Of a DNA stretch of 64,000 bases, positions 32,733 through 45,582 are shown in pieces. The notes below the pieces were generated by a model. The model did not search any database, was not told where the DNA came from, and worked only from the letters and a program-made list of their open reading frames with translations. The stretch is from Azolla caroliniana (lineage: Eukaryota > Plantae > Polypodiophyta), in contig JBHGNT010000003.1 in NCBI GenBank assembly GCA_043228905.1, forward strand, positions 13,888,001 through 13,952,000, given 5' to 3'. Position numbers and translations under genes: made by a program. Position 1 is the stretch's first letter; the number at the start of each line of letters is the position of its first letter.

Positions 32733-34513
32733 TGTCAAAGTTAATATGCAGAAGCTTTGATGAACCAGTTTATCAGGATAGCAACATAAAGCAGAGAATG
32801 AAGGTTTAATGGAAGCTTAAGAACAAAGAATACACAGGAGAGATAGAGAGAGCATAAAGCATAAACTCAATTCAAAAGAATAACACTCTGTACATACAAT
32901 GTGCTCTGTGAGCACTTTTATACAAGTTCTTAAAAGGACTGACAAGTACTTCAATGCTCATACGAGTGACTCACACTTACTCCCAAAAATATGCCTACGT
33001 ACTAGACTAGATTCATAGGCCTCTAACGGTCTACCAGTTAAAATTCAATCCAGTTCTTGGTTCCGTATACTATCCGGACACCAATCCGGATACTGATCCA
33101 GCTTTGGCTTATTCAGCTGATCCGGATCCGGTTGTGCTTGTCCGCTCAACATTCCCATTCAAGCTCAAATCACGGTCGGATGGCAGTGTCTGTGGTAGTC
33201 GGTTGTTCTTTCCGGCCCCTCCTAGGGTCCTCCCACCTGGCTCGAGCTCCTCGACCCGTCCGATCCCACTTTCCACGACCCGTCCGGTCTTGCGCCTCTC
33301 GACCTTCTCTGTTGGCTTGTCTGCTCATAAGGCCCTTCTCAGCTCCTTCGCTGTTGCGGCTTCGGCGATTCTCGACCCGTCGGTTCCTCCGTGTCGGTGT
33401 CGACTTCCGTTGCCTTCTCGTCCGTTTGGCCTTCAGTTGATTTGGCTCCTCCGAATCAAACACCTCTTCTGAACCAGGTGCATCCGATTCGTTCCAGCTC
33501 TTGTCCAAATTGGTTTTCTCCAATTCGTCCTCAATCTTTAGGCCCTTCACCACATCGGACGATGTCTGTGTCTTGGCCTTCTTGGCTCTGCCTTCTGCTT
33601 TTTCGGTTGGCTTCGACTTGGGCTCTCTATTCCGGTGGCTCCCCCTACATCTGATCTTGGATTCTTTAGCCATCCCATGCACTCCGACATCTTCGGTCGG
33701 GCTGAAGTCGAAATTGGTGTCTGACTCGGTTTTTCGATCATCTTCCTCATTCCTCCTTTCATTCCTCCCCCTCAAGTTCGGCATATTGAGGTATTGCACA
33801 CCCAGTGCACCAGAAAATAGCTACAACTTGTCTAAGCCCAGGGGTTTGGTGAAGATATGGGCCACCTACTGATCTGTCGGAACATACAACAATTCCACTT
33901 CACTGGAGAGAATGCGCTCTCAGACAAAATGGTAGTGCACCTCAATGCGCTTTGTCCGGGAATGAAAGAGGAGGTTGTTTGCCAACTAGATGTTGTTGAG
34001 GTGGTCTCCGTAGATTGTCGTCGAATCAAACACCTCTACTCGCAGATCCTTTAGGAACCGCTTCAGCCATATGGCTTCGCACATTGCGACAACCACTCTC
34101 AGTATTCAGCCTTAATTGCTTCTTACTACTCTAGGCGAACATGGCGTGTCCAAGGGAAAACGCATATTCGGATGTAGATACCTATGGTTGCCAATATTTC
34201 CAGCCCAATTGGCATCCGTGTAGCCGGCAAGTTGTCCGGCTACACCGGTCTGATACAACAACCCCCTGTCCTTAGTGTTGTTAACATACCTGAGTATTCG
34301 GTGCGTGCAATGAAGGTGCTCCACGGTCTGATGTGCCATAAATTGACTAATCAATGTGACTGGATAACTGAGGTCCGATCAAGTGATGGTCTGATAGATA
34401 AGGATTGATAGAAGTACTGACAGGTACTTCCATGCTCATACAAGCGACTACCACTGACTCCTAAAATTATGCCTATGTATTAGGCTAGATTCATAGGCCA
34501 CTAACAGCCTACC

Positions 34514-34532
34514 GGTTTAGGGTTTAGGGTTT
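34514..34532 (+). repeat. Short interstitial telomere repeat GGTTTAGGGTTTAGGGTTT
   Basis: Sits at a deletion relative to the homologous LTR (33030-33225). Confidence 0.75.
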
Positions 34533-35124
34533 CTAGGGCCCATCCGATCAGGCGCACCTCGACCTTCTCGGTCGGCGTGTCTTCTTAGAAGGCCCATCTT
34601 AGCTCCTTCTTTGTTACGACTCTAACGCGTCTCGACCCATCAGTTCCTCTGTGTCGGTGTCGACTTCCGCTGCCTCCTTGTCCATTTGGGCTTCAGTTGA
34701 TCCCGCTCCTCTGAATCAAGCATTGCTTCCGAATCGGGCGACTCCTATTTGTTCCAGCTCTTGTCCAAATTGGTTGTCTCCAATTCTTCCTCAATCTCCA
34801 AACCCTTCACCACGTCGGACCTTGTTCGGGTCTTGGTCTTTCAGGCTTTGCCTTCCACTTTTTCAGTTGACTTCGACTTGGGCTCTCCATTACGGTGGCT
34901 CCCCTGTGTCTGGTCTCGGCTTTCTTATTTGTCCCATGCACTCTAATTGGTTTTCGACTCGGCTTTTTGGTCGTCTTTCTTATTCCTCCTGTCATTCCTG
35001 CCCCTCAAGTTCAACATATCAAGGTACTACAAACCCAATGCAACGGAAAAATGCCGCAACTTGTCTAAGCCAAGGGGTTTGGTGAAGATGTCGGCTACCT
35101 GCAGATTCGTCGGAACATGTACAG

Positions 35125-35902
35125 TGTTGGGAGATAGGTCCCTCTGGATGGGAAGGGAGAAGAACAGTGCCGATGAACAAACTCGGCCGAGGCTGATAGG
35201 CCGAGGCCGAAACCGGATGAGGAGTACCCGGCTACGGAGAGCCGGATGATACAGACCCGGTATGAACCAGATGAAGAGTACCCGGCTACGGAGAGCCGGA
35301 TGGTGCAGACCCGGTATGAACCGGATGAAGAGTACCCGGCTACGGAGAGCCGGATGATGCAGACCCGGTATGAACCGGATGAAGAGTACCCGGCTACGGA
35401 GAGCCGGATGGTGCAGACCCGGTATGAACCGGATGAAGAGACATATTAGTAAATATGTTTCTGATAGTCCATCGTGGCTACATTTGTAAATAGCCGAAAA
35501 GTCATATTAGTATAAATATGACTTAGGGCAAACCTTTTAGGAACTGTTGTTGGAGTGTTGTCATTTTCTTGTTGGTGCAAGAAGAAGAGAGAGCACGTAA
35601 TGTTGTACAGAGAGAGAGAGAGAGAAAGAGGTCGTTGCCTCTGTTGTAACCGCCGCCTGTGGCGAAGATCGTGAGCACGAGGTCGTTGCCTCCGTGAACT
35701 CACTGTTTTGTACATTCTTACATAGTGACAGTTTGCAGCCTGTGGGCTGCCGTGGTTTTTTCCCCTAGTTTGGGGTTTTCCACGTAAACCTCCTGTGTAT
35801 CTTCCTCTTCTTTGTGTCGTGTTCTATTTCCCGTTTTCTATGTATCATTCTAAGCTCGGTTGTGGCCGAGCGTTGCGCATAAGGAACGACTAGTTCCCGT
35901 CA
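35125..35902 (+). mobile_element. Copia solo LTR (778 bp) with a 4 x 54-bp U3 array
   Basis: TG...CA ends, perfect TSD TACAG, array at ~35213-35440. Confidence 0.92.
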
Positions 35903-37444
35903 TACAGTTCCACTTCACCGGCAAGAATGCACTCTCAAACAAAATGAGAGTGCACTTCGATGTGCTTAGTCTGAGCGTGAAAGATGGGGTTCTTTGCTAA
36001 CTAGATGTTGCAGAGGTTGTTGCAATAGATCGTCGTTGGATCAGACACTTCTACTCGTAGATCGTCCACGAGTCGCTTGAGTCATATGGCTTCACCCGTT
36101 GTGATAGCCGCTCCTCGGTACTCGGTCTTCGTGCTCGATAGTGCAACTGTCGGTTGCTTTTTTCTGCTCCAGGCGACTGCCCAATCTGGTTGTAGCCCTA
36201 CGGTCCCCAACATTTCTAGCCCAATCGACATCCGTGTAGCCAACAAGTTGTCCGGCTACACCGGTCCAATACAACAACCCCCTGTCCCTAGTGCCGCTAA
36301 CATACCTAAGTATTCGGTGTGCGCATTTAAGGTGCTCACTGGTTTGATGCACTATAAATTGACTAATCAATCTGACCAGATAGCTGAGGTCGGGTCGGGT
36401 GATGGTCGGATATATAAGGCTTCCGACTATGTGTCAGAAGCTTTTCGGGTCGCATGTCATTTTGGAGTCACGGTGAATCTTCACATTCCGGTCCAGAGGT
36501 GTCGAGACGGATTTGCATTCCGTCATACCGAAGTTGAAGAGCATACTCAACACATAGTGGCGTTGACTGATCAATATGCCTTCCGGGGTGCGGATCACTT
36601 GGATCCTAAGGAAGTAATGAAGGTCCCCAAGATCCTTCATGTCAAATGATGCCGCAAGTTGGGATTTGATGCGGTCAATTTCGTTCAAGTCAGCACCGAC
36701 GATGAGAAGATCATTCAGATAGAGCAGTATGTTGCCGGCCCGTTCCGACCTTACCAGATGAAAAGTGAAGAGTCCGATTTCGACGGACAAAACTCCATCC
36801 AATGCAGTCGCTGCGTGATCTTCGCGTTCCAGGCACACGGGGCTTGCTTGAGTCCGTAGGGGGACTTTTTCAATCGGCACACCGCCGATGTATTCACTCC
36901 AGACTGAAATCCAAGGGGTTGAACCATAAACACATGTTCCTCGAGATCACCTTGTAGGAACACGTTTTTCACATCCATTTGATGTAGATGCCACCCGTTG
37001 TCGTGCAAATCCGCTAGCTAGTGCGGATCGTGAGGCAAAACCGTCGGGGTTCTGGACCGGAAGGATTTAGGGCTGAATGATTTATACACTTTAAGTTTTC
37101 AGACGAGATATTTCCGTCAAATAAGAGTAAGATAGTATGAGAAATTGAATAATACTTGATTATATTAATGCATAAACAAATCTTCGAGTAAGAGAGTATG
37201 CAAGATCAAATAATGATTAATTATGCTGATGAGTAGGAGCGTATGAATAGCACTAAACTATATCTATACGTAAGCAAAACCATTAAGAGAGTATGAGAGA
37301 GGAAACATAGAGAGTTTTTATCACTAAATCATCCATATAATGGACTTATTTTGATACATGATTTTTTTATATCCCCCTTTAGGGTTAAGAGTATGAGAGA
37401 GGAAACATAAATCATTTCTTCTTCAAATCCCTATCCATCTCCCC

Positions 37445-37909
37445 TATTAGAGATTAGGTACTAAAGTAAGCATAAAATAAGGATATATCAATGATAGATC
37501 TAGAAAGAATAGAGAGAAAAGAGAGAAAGAAGGGTGCCGATCCACCCGACCACCCCCGAGCGAAGGGATCGAGACGGACTCGAGCCTCGATCGGCGTCCC
37601 ATACCACCGCCTTGGCGTCGAGTCGTACCTGGACGATAGCGCGCTTGCTACAAGAGTCGTTCCACTCACGGACAGAGTCTCGACGTAGTCAATGCATGCC
37701 CAAATGAGGGTAGCTAGGCCTCTTATTTATAGTAATTCTCAAGGCCCCCAGCCATGTTCACACTTGGCCTCATGGGTTGTCTCAATCCCGAGGATTAAAA
37801 GTAATCCTCCCCTTCTTTAGACTCTTTGTTTAACCCTCACACTTATCCACGTGTATAGAATACTACGACAATTCTCACCACGGGATATTATATGGTCATG
37901 CCCGTAACA
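37445..37909 (-). repeat. 3' LTR of element D
   Basis: Direct repeat of 44028-44492. Confidence 0.96.
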
Positions 37910-40900
37910 TACTCCCCCTCTTTAAAACATTGCACTCTTGCAATGGAAACTTAGGGAAGTTAGTTGTTAGAGTCGTTTCGCGTTCCCATGTGGCATCTTT
38001 GATTGATTTATCCATCCATTTTATTTTAAATTCTCGGATTTCCTTAGCACGTAATTTTTTTGTTTTAACATCGAGAATTCTTTCTGGTACATGTGGTTTA
38101 GAAGATAAATCTTCAGAAGTAACCAGAGTTTCAGTTGTAACTGTATTGTCGCCAGAACCTAGAAGTTCTTTTAGACGACTTACATGAAAGACTGGATGGA
38201 TTCCAACACCATCGGGAAGAGCGAGACGATAGGCTGATGATCCAATGCGTTTGAGGACTGTAAAAGGTCCACAAAACCGTGGGGCTAACTTAGCGCACTT
38301 ACCCGTAGACAATGTCTTAGAATTGTGAGGTACACGTAAAAATACCTTCTGTCCAGGGCTGAATACACGAGGTTGCCTGTGATGATCGGCATAAAAACGC
38401 GCTCTATCTTGAGCTGTTTTTATATTATCCCGTGCAATATGCAACATATCTTGCATATCCCGAAGAAAGTTTTGCGTACTTCGCAACTCATCATGATGTA
38501 TATTAACATCAATCGGGGCTCGTGGCTGAAATCCATACATCAACATAAAAGGACTATATCCCGTCGACGTATGCTTGGAGCTGTTATAAGCAAACTCCAA
38601 AATTGGGAGGTAACGTTCCCATTTTGTTGGTTTTGCACCAACGTATGCTCGAAGCATGTCCTCAATAATTTGATTTACTCGTTCTGTCTGTCCATCGGAT
38701 TGAGGATGATCCGTGGAGCTCATGCTCAACGTGGTTTCTAACTTCTTAAAGACTTGCGTCCAGAAGTCACTAGTAAACTTTGGATCTCGGTCACTCACGA
38801 TATCCATCGGTAACCCGTAAAAACGAAATAACTCATCAACGAATTGGTAAGCCAATTCAGGAGCTGTTACCGTGGTTTTAGTAGCAATAAATCTGGCCAT
38901 TTTAGTTAGTCTGTCAACCACAACCCATATGGCATCATGACCTTTTTGGGTGCGAGGAAGGCTAACAATAAAATCCATGGATATACTTTCCCACTTATTA
39001 TTGGGAATGTCCAAGGGATGTAAAAGTCCTGCGGCTTTAAGTCGCTCGGCTTTGTTAACTTGACATTGGTGACATTTAGTCACATAGCTATGTATGTCAG
39101 GACGCATCTTAGGCCAATAAAATTGAGTGGAGATGAGAACGAGTGTACGATGTATTCCAGGGTGCCCTGCTGAGGGTGCATCATGGCATTAAAAAAGAAT
39201 TCTCTTTTTGACCTCAGGTAAATCTGGAACACAAACCTTCCCATTACGGTAGAGCAGACCGTTAGCAATGTGGAAGTATTCCTTCGAGGGTGTGGTGGTG
39301 TCTGTTCCAGACTCGACTCTTGCCCAGTATTTTGCAAAATAATTGTCATCAGGATACTTTCCTCGAAGGTGATCATAAAGATCTGATGTTATTTCAGTGA
39401 AGCTAAGCATGTTAACTTCACGGATGCGACTTAGTGCATCAGCGACAGTATTCATGGAACCTTTACGATATCGTATGGAAAAATCAAAGTCCTGGATGAG
39501 ATCAGCCCATCGTGCCTTACGACCTTTCAGGTCTTGTTGGTCACAAAAATATTTCAAGGACTCGTGGTCCGTAGTTACCACAAAGCGATTTCCATAAAGA
39601 TAATGGCGCCATGTTTTGAGCGCATGTATAACCGCAAATAATTCCTTTTCTTGAACGGTATACCGACATTGAGCAGAATCAAGTTTCTTACTCTCGAATG
39701 CTATTGGTTTACCATCTTGATACAAGACAGCACCTATAGCATAATCGCTTGCGTCGGTTTCAACCTCAAAAGGTTTTGAAGGATCGGGTAAAAGAAGTGA
39801 AGGAGCCTTGCATACCAAGTCCTTGAGTTCCTTAAAGGCGAGGTCTAGTGTAGCATTCCACACAATAGGTTTTGTAGACTTACGCGTTTGACCTTTTAGA
39901 AGATCAGTAAACGGCGTCGTCAATTGTGAGTAATTACGAAGAGATTTTCGCAAAAATCCGACAAAACCAAGGAATGATCGAACTTCTCGAATATTCCGAA
40001 GAGTGGGCCAAAGCTTGATTTTCTCGATGCGAGAAGGATCAATTTCAACTCCTCGTTCGGTTATGAGATGTCCAAGATAAGTAATTGATTTCTTGAAGAA
40101 CTCACATTTTGAGATCTTCGCGTAAAATTGTTTGTCACGCAATATTTGTAAAACAAAGCGGACATGTCTAGCATGTTCTTGTAATGTACGGCTATAAACT
40201 AAAATATCATCTAAGAAGATAACGACAAATTTTCCAAGTTGTTCTCGGAAAATGTCATTCATTTCTTGTTGAAATGTAGCCGGAGCATTGGTCAAACCAA
40301 AAGGCATAACCAAAAACTCATAATGGCCGTAGCGCGTACGAAATGCTGTTTTAGGAACATCGTCCTCACTTATTCGTATTTGATGGTAGCCAGTACGGAG
40401 ATCAAGTTTCGTAAAATACCGAGCTCCCTGGAGACGGTCAATTAGATCGTCAGCCCGGGGCAATGGGTACGAATTCTTGATCGTCACTTTATTCAAGCGT
40501 CGGTAATTAATACACATACGCCATGTGCCCTCTTTCTTTTTAACCAAGAGAACTGGTGCACCCCATGGAGATTTACTATAACGTATATAACCCATTCGTA
40601 AATAGTCCTTAAGTTGCTTAGCTACCTCATCCTCTTCAGATCGACTTAGGCGATACAGAGGTATACTAATGGGTGCAATGCCAGGTACAATATCTATACG
40701 ATGGTCTATATTACGTTTAGGAGGTAAACCATCGGGTAGTTCACTCGGAAAAACATCACGAAAATCGTTTACGATTTCATCAAGTTGTTTTTGTTCAAAA
40801 TATGTTAATTGACCCGAGACATTATCGATATTGTAAACGTGAATGTCCGGATCAAGTACACAATAAAATAACGTAGAACAAGACAACTCGGATATTGATG

Positions 40901-42329
40901 GACACGAGGAAACAATCGAGAGGGATTGTTTTGTTACACATTGAATAAAATGCGTACAATCGTTGAGTACAAAAGAAATGGAATGGCGAACCCAATCAAT
41001 AAATAAAGAAGAGCTTTTATTATAAAACCAGGGATAACCCAGTATTACATCGGTGGTACTAAGATTCATTACATGGAAGTCTACTTCCTCTATATAGGTA
41101 TCAATAGAAATTCCTAAAGAATGAATCGCCCCGTTGATGTGTTGTACTCTTCCATCAGCCAAGTGCACCGTGTAGGTGTGATCACTTACGGTGGGTTGGA
41201 TTCCCCATATCTGTACCAAACGATCATTCACAAAATTGTGTGAGCTTCCCGAATCAAATAAAAATTGTACGGGAGATCCATTGATATACCCGTTTGCACG
41301 TAGTAAATCATTGGGACCCAATACATAATGAGGGAAAGAACATTGACAATTACTCAAATGATGTGTATAGACCTGAAGGACATTAGGAATCTGACCTTTA
41401 TGGTCTGTAGCTTTAGGTTTGGCGTCGTGCTCTTTTCGTTGGAGCTTACGACATTGCTCTTTTGTATGACCCTTCTTTTTGCAGAATACGCAAAAAGGAT
41501 GTTGTCGCTTATAATCGCGATCCATGAATTCGTTGGGTGTCTTGCGTTTCCCAACGAATTGCGACTGCTTAGTCCCGGGCGCTTCGTTGGGTTTGTTATG
41601 GTCCTTCTTCGAAGTGCGTTGATAGCGAAGAACTATCTCAACGGCCTCTTCGAAGGATTTTGGATACTTATCGTGCACTATCCAGTGATAGTCCGAATTG
41701 GGGATGCCATTGACAAAACAAGCTATTAACCAATTGTCCCCTTCTAGACCCGATTTTTGGATTTGGGTTCTAGCATGGTGGACATAGTCTTCTAGCGAGG
41801 AAAACTTCCTGCTAGAGAGGTTCATTAAAGCTTGTGCTGCCTCGGTTCGAGAGGGAGGTTGTAGAAATTGACCCTTGAAAACTGTGACAAAGTCTGTCCA
41901 GGTCTCGGGCAATCTCCCCAAAGTTCGGAGCCCACGCCACCAAGCGGCGGCCTTACCCCCTAGTTCTCGGCCGACATATGCAATCTTCGTACTATCTGGC
42001 GTGGGATAGAGCTCAAAATGAGACTCCCATCGGCCCAGCCACGTGCAGATTGCTTCTTCGGTTCTTTCCTTTTTATCTCCCGTAAATGGCTTTACGACAA
42101 ATGATGGTTCACCCTGACGCTCATCAGGTCTATTAATCTCATTTTGGAGACTAATGACTCGTGCCTCGAGAGCACTTTGAGATTGCCGAAATTCGGTCAA
42201 CTGCTGCGCGGTTGAACTAAGGAAATGTTGTACTTGTAAAATATACGCCTCAATGGACATTGTCCCAGGAGGATTTCCTTGAGGTCTTTCCGCTTGAGCG
42301 GAGGGCATCGGGTCGTTATTCTGAGCCAT
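37896..42329 (-). CDS. Gypsy Gag-Pol (Gag, zinc knuckle, PR, RT, RH, INT, chromodomain) with one in-frame TAA at 39189-39191
   Basis: [39 protein letters not shown]...[19 protein letters not shown], chromodomain ERILD...KW...DATWE. ORFs 42419-39189 and 39107-37896 are in the same frame. Start codon is uncertain (42329 or 42419). Confidence 0.88.
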
Positions 42330-43524
42330 TGAATGATTATTTCTGGCAAAGAAATAAGATAAGGTCAGACAAATAGTCATAACATATTGTCGTGGTGTAA
42401 ACATATCATGGGCAAACATTAATCGATATCATGATCTCACGTCAATACCCCTCTAGACGTATGAGATGAGGTTCAAGATCAGGTTACTATGGTAACACAG
42501 AGGTGTTTTAAAAACCATGGGGGTGACAAATGAATGCCTTTCCCTGATCTCTATATCGATTTTTTTCATGGCGGCTCCCCGAGGCTCAACCATGTATGTT
42601 CGCGTCATGAATAGTTTATACACGAAAAAAATGTTAACAATAACTATGTTTCTGTGCCCACATATGTGGTTTCGGCTCTTTAAGTCCTATTACGAGGACC
42701 CCGAAGTGCACTTAGACCTAAAGTCTAAACATGTATTATAGTCATATGTATCAACGATGTTGTATGGTGTTGGTCATATTTGAACTCGAGACCTCGAGGA
42801 CAAATACATTAAACACTTGAGCCAACCAAGTAGATTGCGCGTCTTGAATGTTTAATGTTTGAGGCGTATTCGAGATATGCGAGGCATTTGCCCCTATATG
42901 TTTTTTTTAAAAGAAACATATAGGTCAAGTGGCCTTATTTCTCCCTCATTTATTACCCACTATGGTTGTACGCTACCTACCCTCAAGCCTCGTAAGTACA
43001 ATGGCATATGCCAAAGTGTAACCTAATGGTCAAGCCGAATGAGCCCTTGTGTCTTCGTAGGCTCATGTGGCCCATCACATGGTCACGTCATTACGAATGG
43101 CGCTCGTAAGAACGAGCTCATGGTGGCATCGTATCCATGTAACGAGGGGAGATGTTGGATACGTGTGTCATTAGAGCGACCCTACTTAATGTGGATCAAG
43201 CCCGACGTATTCAACATCATTTTGGCTATACGAGGTTCGTTACGTAACGAAAGATCAAAGTGACCAACGAGAATTTCAACAATAAAAATTGTTGATAAAA
43301 GGGATGGTGACAACGCCATTCTCACAAAAATGTGAGGACGGCCACCAAAATCCTCTCCCCAATTAGGAAAACATTTGATATTAATCACGTAATCTAAAAT
43401 ATACACATATGTCAATATATCACATATATACGATCAGAGACGTATATAAGTGACCACATATGCGTATACTAAATGAATCGTTTTTTTTATATAGCCAACA
43501 ATGATGTATTCGGGATACGTAATC

Positions 43525-43766
43525 GAGGCATATACCTCTACGCACACGAAACATCCGAAAATAAGGTTAAGCGTAATTCGCAATTGAGGTATTGACCTCT
43601 TACGCATAGTAAATCCAACGCATATCATTTCGAACGAATCGAGGTATTGACCTCGTACGCGAACGTAACATATGTTCGTGAACGTAATATGCAATTGAGG
43701 TAATAACCTCGTACGCATACGACACTCATCACATATGATTTATATGTCAAACGAGGTATTGACCTC
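43525..43766. repeat. Periodic palindromic array in the 5' leader of element D
   Basis: GAGGTATTGACCTC-like cores at 43525, 43586, 43641, 43697 and 43753. Confidence 0.75.
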
Positions 43767-44027
43767 GTGGACATATGTAAACGTTTAAGATAACCAATTA
43801 AATACCACGTCAACATCATTGAATATATGAAAAAAAAACTACATATTAAGTATACACATGTATAGAAGGGAGAAGAGAAATTAGATAAAAAATTAAGGAA
43901 AATTTACCGAAGTTCTTTCGCTAATCCTTGTCTGCATGAAGGCGACCGCACAACGATCAATCGCCATCCCACGCGAAGACAAAAAGAAAACCAAAAGAAA
44001 CGTTAGTACATAGGCTCTGATACCAAA

Positions 44028-44492
44028 TATTAGAGATTAGGTACTAAAGTAAGCATAAAATAAGGATATATCAATGATAGATCTAGAAAGAATAGAGAGA
44101 AAAGAGAGAAAGAAGGGTGCCGATCCACCCGACCACCCCCGAGCGAAGGGATCGAGACGGACTCGAGCCTCGATCGGCGTCCCATACCACCGCCTTGGCG
44201 TCGAGTCGTACCTGGACGATAGCGCGCTTGCTACAAGAGTCGTTCCACTCACGGACAGAGTCTCGACGTAGTCAATGCATGCCCAAATGAGGGTAGCTAG
44301 GCCTCTTATTTATAGTAATTCTCAAGGCCCCCAGCCATGTTCACACTTGGCCTCATGGGTTGTCTCAATCCCGAGGATTAAAAGTAATCCTCCCCTTCTT
44401 TAGACTCTTTGTTTAACCCTCACACTTATCCACGTGTATAGAATACTACGACAATTCTCACCACGGGATATTATATGGTCATGCCCGTAACA
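44028..44492 (-). repeat. 5' LTR of element D
   Basis: Adjacent to PBS TGGTATCAGAGCC on the - strand. Confidence 0.96.
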
Positions 44493-44933
44493 TCCCCCCT
44501 CTCCTTCTTAAGAATAGCTCTTATTTATAAGGTTTCAATGGCTTGCTTTATTTTTCTCCTAAACAAAAGCTTGTCTATATGAGTCACATTTTATTTCCAT
44601 CATTATTTAATTTTTTTAAATCCAAATTAGACATACAAGTTATGTTTGGAAAGACATTTGAGTTAGCTTTCTTATGGACATTTTCTTGTCTAATTCAGAC
44701 ATCAGATGAGGAAATTGTGAGTTTTTTTCTCTACCTTGCTCCTCAATTCCATGCCTTGCATTTTTTTTTCTCTTACTTTTTCTATTTTTACCTAATTTTG
44801 AAAAACCGCTTCTACCTTACTATCTTTTCATCATTTATTACAAAACTTGACTTTGCAATATTAGTTTATTTGGACCACTACTTTATTCTCTTTTGAGGGT
44901 GGTTTCGCACTATGTGTCAAAAACATCACAACA

Positions 44934-45460
44934 CTGTTCGTCGTTGCCATTGCTAGTTGGACATAAACGGTCGTCATCTTCACAACCGGCGCAAATGTCT
45001 CATCATAATCGATGCCGTGCTGTTGTGCATAGTCGTTTGCCACTAATCGGGCCTTGCACTGGTGGATGGAGCCGTGGCTGTTGTATTTGACCTTGTATAC
45101 CCAACGACAACTGATTGGCTTCACTACTTTCGATACGTCCACCAAAATCCCACGTCTCATTTTCCGTGAGTGCGTGCATCTCTTCCTCCATAGCAGCATG
45201 CCAATTTGAGTCTTTTGCCGCTTCTGCGTAGCTCTCCAACTCACGCAGTTCCGCCACCTTCGTCATGTACGCATAGTGATGCGCCATGTACTCATTATAA
45301 GCATACCGTTTGACGGGGTTCTTCTAGCGGGTCGATCGGCATAACTTCGCGTTAGCCGATTTTAAGGCCCTTTTAGCCGACTCAAACTTCTCTTCCGAAG
45401 GTCCGTCTTTGTTCTTCTTGGAATCAGTGTAGCTTCAATTTGTCTCGTCTCTTCCAGTGT
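44934..45460 (-). pseudogene. Copia RT N-terminal part (continuation of 36998)
   Basis: WHAAMEEEM...ENETWD, RWVYKVKY, KARLVA, GIDYDETFAPVVKM. Confidence 0.85.
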
Positions 45461-45582
45461 CATATTGTCTTGTTACCATAGTAATCTGATCTTGAACCTC
45501 ATATCATACGTCTAGAGGGGTATTGATGTGAGATCATGATATCGATTAATGTTGGCCCATGATATGTTTACATCACAAGATG

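Larger units (their letters stand above)
32733..36998 (-). mobile_element. Second Copia family: two tandem 3' halves (LTR 32733-33761 + RH; partial LTR ~34405-34994 + RH/RT)
   Basis: PPT TTGAGGGG(G/C)AG before each LTR. TKPLG, HQMDVKN and YGLKQAP motifs. RT continues at 44934-45460. Confidence 0.78.
37445..44492 (-). mobile_element. Very recent chromovirus-type Ty3/Gypsy element D
   Basis: 465-bp LTRs 37445-37909 and 44028-44492, identical by eye. TSD TCCCC, tRNA-iMet PBS 44013-44025, PPT 37910-37921. Confidence 0.96.
36999..44933. mobile_element. Solo LTR K1 (~880 bp), split by chromovirus D
   Basis: TGTCGTG...CACAACA with 4-bp TSD CCGT/CTGT. Removing it restores the Copia RT frame ATTN|GWH. 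Ends are homologous to 49437-50077. Confidence 0.75.

Noticed and set aside
33170-33799. 209-aa Arg/Glu-rich ORF as a possible extra gene
   Set aside because: It is the RNase H tail reading through the PPT into a purine-rich LTR, and the frame is not kept in the second copy (34550-34995).
39080-39376. 98-aa +1-frame ORF over the UUU-UAA site (also 49043-49339), suggesting a +1 frameshift
   Set aside because: A +1 shift ends about 36 codons later without integrase, which is in the 0 frame. Best treated as a shadow ORF.
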